NCBI GenBank assembly: GCA_965215265.1
Contig: OZ244048.1
Location: 2,624,001 to 2,688,000, forward strand
Direction of reading: 5' to 3'
DNA length: 64,000 nucleotides
Origin: Candidatus Poribacteria bacterium
GTDB lineage: Bacteria > Poribacteria > WGA-4E > WGA-3G
Numbering within the stretch: the stretch's first letter is position 1; each line of letters starts with the position of its first letter. Below, one piece after another: positions 60,306 to 64,000 of the stretch. The notes under the pieces were generated by a model, which saw only the letters and a program-made list of their open reading frames with translations, was not told the origin of the DNA and ran no database searches. Made by a program: the position numbers and the translations under genes.

Positions 60306-61693
60306 TGCTTTATTGTCCATCTGATACAAAAGAGCTCATTGACGTTAATAAGCTTGATAAGATTTCAAACTTCGCCCTCCGTTACCAGCGTTTTTTAAAG
60401 GGAGAAATTCATAACGGAAAAGTAAAGTTTTCAATTCACGCAACCACTCTTGGCAACTCAGCACAAGCCGTGGAGCCCCTCCGAGACCGTCAAACGAATC
60501 AATTGAACTATCTGGTAAAGAGTTACAACTGTTTCTGTGAATTTTATAAAGTGGATTGGCGACTGGTTGTCGGATTAGGGGGTGAACATGTTCAGGAAAC
60601 TAGCATAACCCTTGATCACATCTACGGCATTCCCTATATCCCCGGCAGTGCCTTCAAAGGTGCTGTGCGGAGTTGGGTGCTACAAGAGAAGTTTGGGAAC
60701 GATGAAAAGCGTGCCATTCAAGAAATTAAAGCGAGTGACAGCGAGGACTTGAAGCAGAATAAATTGGGCTTCCGTGATGTTTTCGGTAGTCAAGAATCTG
60801 CAGGGAAAGTTCTCTTTCTTGCGGCTTATCCGATAGATAGTGTACAATTGTCGCTCGATATAATGAATCCACACTTTCCTGACTACTATGCAGGCAAGAA
60901 ACTACCGACTGATACTCAAGATCCAATACTACCGACTGATACTCAAGATCCAATTCCAATTAACTTTTTGACCGTTGAACCAACCCTTTTCCGATTTGTG
61001 TTTCTGGCGAAAGAACAAAAACTAATTGATATTACTAAAGATTGGGCTGAGAAGGCACTAACAGATAAAGGTCTGGGAGCAAAGACCGCTGTCGGGTACG
61101 GGTACTTCCGTAAGGAATTTCCAAATAATATACAGGGATACAAATCCCTTAAACCTGATCCGAAGTTTGAGATTCCACGCAAGGAGCATCCTGAAAGGCC
61201 CCAGAAGATTAGCCTCGAAGAGGCTAAAAAGGAATTTGACAAAGACTCTAACAATCCGAATCTCGATCCGCAGTTAATCGACATCACACCAGTTAAAAAT
61301 TGTGCGTCACAACTCGCTCAGGTTGTAACACGAGGTGACTACATTGAATATGACCAATTAACCGGTATAGATGAGTGCCTAATTGAACTAGAGGAGGATT
61401 TGGCAGAACGGTCGGAGTTTGGAGAATGGATCTGGGATAATTTTAAAGCAGATCTGCTTTCGGCAAGAATCTTGGAACTTCCGCGATTCGTCTACAGCAA
61501 CGCTTTTCGTAGAACTCTCAAAAACCTACCGGATAGCGAATTGGTCGCAGTCCAAGAAGAGTTGTTAAAAATTTCAAATCAACTCGAATACAGTGACGGG
61601 GATGTTGAAGAAATAGATGTCCCTCCACACTTCGATTACGAGCCGAATGTTAATGACGGAACGATTACGTTTTTACAATACACTAGTCCATAA
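60305..61693 (+). CDS. cmr6: Type III-B RAMP Cmr6 with ~194-aa C-terminal extension
   Basis: RLVVGLG, YGIPYIPGS, DIMNPH and GLGAKTAVGYG (ends ~aa 268), followed by extra domain(s). Confidence 0.93.
   Translation: MLYCPSDTKELIDVNKLDKISNFALRYQRFLKGEIHNGKVKFSIHATTLGNSAQAVEPLRDRQTNQLNYLVKSYNCFCEFYKVDWRLVVGLGGEHVQETSITLDHIYGIPYIPGSAFKGAVRSWVLQEKFGNDEKRAIQEIKASDSEDLKQNKLGFRDVFGSQESAGKVLFLAAYPIDSVQLSLDIMNPHFPDYYAGKKLPTDTQDPILPTDTQDPIPINFLTVEPTLFRFVFLAKEQKLIDITKDWAEKALTDKGLGAKTAVGYGYFRKEFPNNIQGYKSLKPDPKFEIPRKEHPERPQKISLEEAKKEFDKDSNNPNLDPQLIDITPVKNCASQLAQVVTRGDYIEYDQLTGIDECLIELEEDLAERSEFGEWIWDNFKADLLSARILELPRFVYSNAFRRTLKNLPDSELVAVQEELLKISNQLEYSDGDVEEIDVPPHFDYEPNVNDGTITFLQYTSP
60901..60954 (+). repeat. 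Perfect 27-bp in-frame tandem duplication in cmr6
   Basis: ACTACCGACTGATACTCAAGATCCAAT twice (LPTDTQDPI twice). Confidence 0.95.
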
Positions 61694-61706
61694 TAGGAGA
61701 GTTGTA

Positions 61707-61890
61707 ATGCGTTTTGTCTTATCCACCGTTGGGACAAGCATCTTCACAAATGCAATTGATAGAAGAAAAGCAGACGAATCCAGTTGGGGCAGCTCTTCCG
61801 TGATTCCGCAAACCTCAAACGAGAAGAGCTGCAACCGGAGACAGCAGAGATAATTGACACCCTCGCCGATCACGTCCTCGATAAACTCAT
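61707..61890 (+). pseudogene. Frameshifted and truncated APE2256/SSO1393-type CARF gene (Crn1/Cami1-like)
   Basis: RBS AGGAG then MRFVLSTVGTSIFTN. Frameshift near GGGG (61786-61789) into QLFRDSANLKREEL...VLDKL, after which similarity is lost before the expected SAE motif. Confidence 0.75.
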
Positions 61891-62342
61891 GGTCTGCGCT
61901 ACGGTCCGTGGAACAATGTGCTCAAAAATCCGAACAGACCTAAAAGTCCATAGCATGAAGGATTTTAATCCAATATCTGATGCCGCAACTAGGCTAAAAC
62001 CGGCACGCACTGCTATCCCTCTCTTGCCGATGAAAAAACAGGCATAGATCGGATATAGAACTCCCTCTTTTCCTGCAAAGCAATAACTCTTGTAAAGCCT
62101 GGTCCTGACAACTCACACCACACTTTTTCCACATCAAACCCTTTCTCATATCCACGCCACAAAAAATGGGATAAGTAACATCAAACGACACATAGTTGAC
62201 AGAACTCGCAGGTTTCTGATAAAATATAGGTGCACAACAAATTTATGAACATGGAAAACAGCAAAAAATCGGAGGCCTATCGCCTAAATGGTGCCGAGAC
62301 CAGAATAGAGCAATGCGCTCAGTTATCGCAGGGAGGAACCGC

Positions 62343-63374
62343 ATGAAATTACTCGTCACAGGTGGAGCAGGATTTATTGGCACGAACTTCATCCGCTACT
62401 GGCTGCGGCACTATCCGAGTGATGCTATCGTTAACCTTGACCGGCTCACATACGCGGGAAATCTGTCCAATCTCACCGACATAGCTGGACGCTTTTCGGA
62501 ACGTTACTACTTTGCCCACGGCGATATTCTAGATGCTGCGTTCGTTGAAGATGTCTTGAAAATTCACCGTCCAGATGTCATCGTCAATTTCGCCGCAGAG
62601 TCGCACAACAGCCGCGCTATTTTACAACCCCAGCGTTTCTTTCAAACAAACGTCATCGGTACACAGATATTATTGGATGCGGTCCGAAAATATGAAGTGC
62701 AGCGTTTCCATCATATTTCCACGTGTGAAGTCTATGGTGAGTTATCCTTGGATTCTGACGATGCCTTTACCGAAAACGCACCTTACCGCCCGCAGACTCC
62801 TTACAATGCATCAAAGGCAGCGGCAGACCATCTTGTAAACGCCTATTTCCATAGCTTCAGGCTCCCAATAACGATCTCTAACTGCTCTAATAACTATGGA
62901 CCCTACCAGCATCCAGAGAAATTAATTCCACTTTTCACGACGAACGCTATACAAGATAAACCGCTTACGCTCTATCAAAGCAGCCATAATCGTCGAGAAT
63001 GGCTGCATGTCGAGGACCACTGCCGGGCAATCGCGCTCGTTATCGAGAACGGGAAAGTTGGCGAAACTTATAATGTCGGAAGTGGCATCGAAAAAAGCAT
63101 CGAAGAAATCAGCGATTTTATCTTAACAGTCCTCAAAAAACCGAAAAGCCTCAAAACCTACGTGCCAGATCGGCCAGCACACGATTGCCGGTATCTCCTA
63201 GATTCAGAGAAGATTCGTTTCAACTTAGGATGGAAACCCACAATCGATTTTGAGCACGGGCTGCGTCAGACGATCCAGTGGTACGCTAACAATCGAAAAT
63301 GGTGGGGGGACATTCAACAACAGATCGATGGAGCATCGGTTCAAGAAGACAAATGGGGAGAGTTACACAAATAA
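62343..63374 (+). CDS. rfbB: dTDP-glucose 4,6-dehydratase
   Basis: LVTGGAGFIG, LTYAGN, FAAESH, YNASK, NNYGPYQHPEK and DRPAHD motifs. Confidence 0.93.
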   Translation: MKLLVTGGAGFIGTNFIRYWLRHYPSDAIVNLDRLTYAGNLSNLTDIAGRFSERYYFAHGDILDAAFVEDVLKIHRPDVIVNFAAESHNSRAILQPQRFFQTNVIGTQILLDAVRKYEVQRFHHISTCEVYGELSLDSDDAFTENAPYRPQTPYNASKAAADHLVNAYFHSFRLPITISNCSNNYGPYQHPEKLIPLFTTNAIQDKPLTLYQSSHNRREWLHVEDHCRAIALVIENGKVGETYNVGSGIEKSIEEISDFILTVLKKPKSLKTYVPDRPAHDCRYLLDSEKIRFNLGWKPTIDFEHGLRQTIQWYANNRKWWGDIQQQIDGASVQEDKWGELHK

Positions 63375-63431
63375 GCATACTAGAGAAGTCTGTACGCCCG
63401 GCTTCGCCGAATTTTTGAAATGGGGATACTT

Positions 63432-64000
63432 ATGAAACTCACAGATGAACAGTTGGCAATATGGAAACGAGACGGAACAATTGTAGTACCGAACGTCTTT
63501 TCGCATGAGACTGTTGCGCATGCATTAGAGGCGATTGAACGAAACGCCTATGACGGATTAACCTATGCCGAATATCGCGATAAATGGGATGGACAACCCG
63601 AAGCACTCCGGCGTGCCTACGAAAAGAACGAACCCATGCTGCGTCTTGCCGGCCCGTTTGGCAAGGCTCTACACTTTCCAACAGGACTTCCAGCAGTCGA
63701 TAGACTCCTCGAAAATAGGGCATACTTAGGAATTGCACGGCAGTTGTTAGATACAGAAGACATCCGGCTCGGGTATGGACAGATTTTTGTACGGGAAGGA
63801 CTCACTGATACACGTTACAGCGAACATCCCTGGCAAGGCTATCACATTGATAACGCTACGAATTCACCGCTGCCACCCCATCCGGATTGGCGACGTTACG
63901 GTTATATCCTATCAGGTATTATGCTACATGACATTGATTTAGACGGTGCGCCAATGCTCGTCTGCCCCGGTTCACAGAATCAATTGGATATGGTATGGGC
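63432..64000 (+). CDS. Phytanoyl-CoA dioxygenase (PhyH) family protein, 3' partial
   Basis: MKLTDEQLAIWKRDG, HxD (YHID) and DGAPMLVCPGS. Runs off the window end. Confidence 0.85.
   Translation, partial: MKLTDEQLAIWKRDGTIVVPNVFSHETVAHALEAIERNAYDGLTYAEYRDKWDGQPEALRRAYEKNEPMLRLAGPFGKALHFPTGLPAVDRLLENRAYLGIARQLLDTEDIRLGYGQIFVREGLTDTRYSEHPWQGYHIDNATNSPLPPHPDWRRYGYILSGIMLHDIDLDGAPMLVCPGSQNQLDMVW

Noticed and set aside
61891-62312. Searched for a CRISPR array downstream of cmr6
   Set aside because: No repeated 25-40-bp unit visible.

Overview
Bacterial chromosomal window, most likely Candidatus Poribacteria (inferred from the QWxLPxGAxARLGKG-type WD40 protein, secreted proteins ending in VEPxGKLxTxWGx[IL]K, and a PhyH dioxygenase). 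It carries housekeeping genes (dusB, dapF, dapA, alr, potBC, nuoABC, rmlB) and an ElbD-like four-domain lipid enzyme (FAR-adenylation-ACP-acyltransferase) with a HAD partner. It also has several restriction-modification pieces: an orphan MTase, an orphan HsdS with two near-identical TRDs, a REase-MTase fusion, and two decayed MTase remnants. The main item is a type III-B (Cmr) CRISPR effector locus at 53.1-61.9 kb with no cas1/2/6 and no array. Its unusual parts are a CARF-HEPN-CARF Csx1, an HD-less Cas10 with intact GGDD, a Cmr6 with a ~194-aa C-terminal extension ending in an acidic RelE/ParE-like segment, a frameshifted and truncated APE2256-type CARF gene, and one degenerate CRISPR-like repeat upstream. 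A separate 30-37-30 bp repeat-spacer-repeat unit lies at 4.6 kb. All family calls come from reading motifs by eye; no database searches were run.
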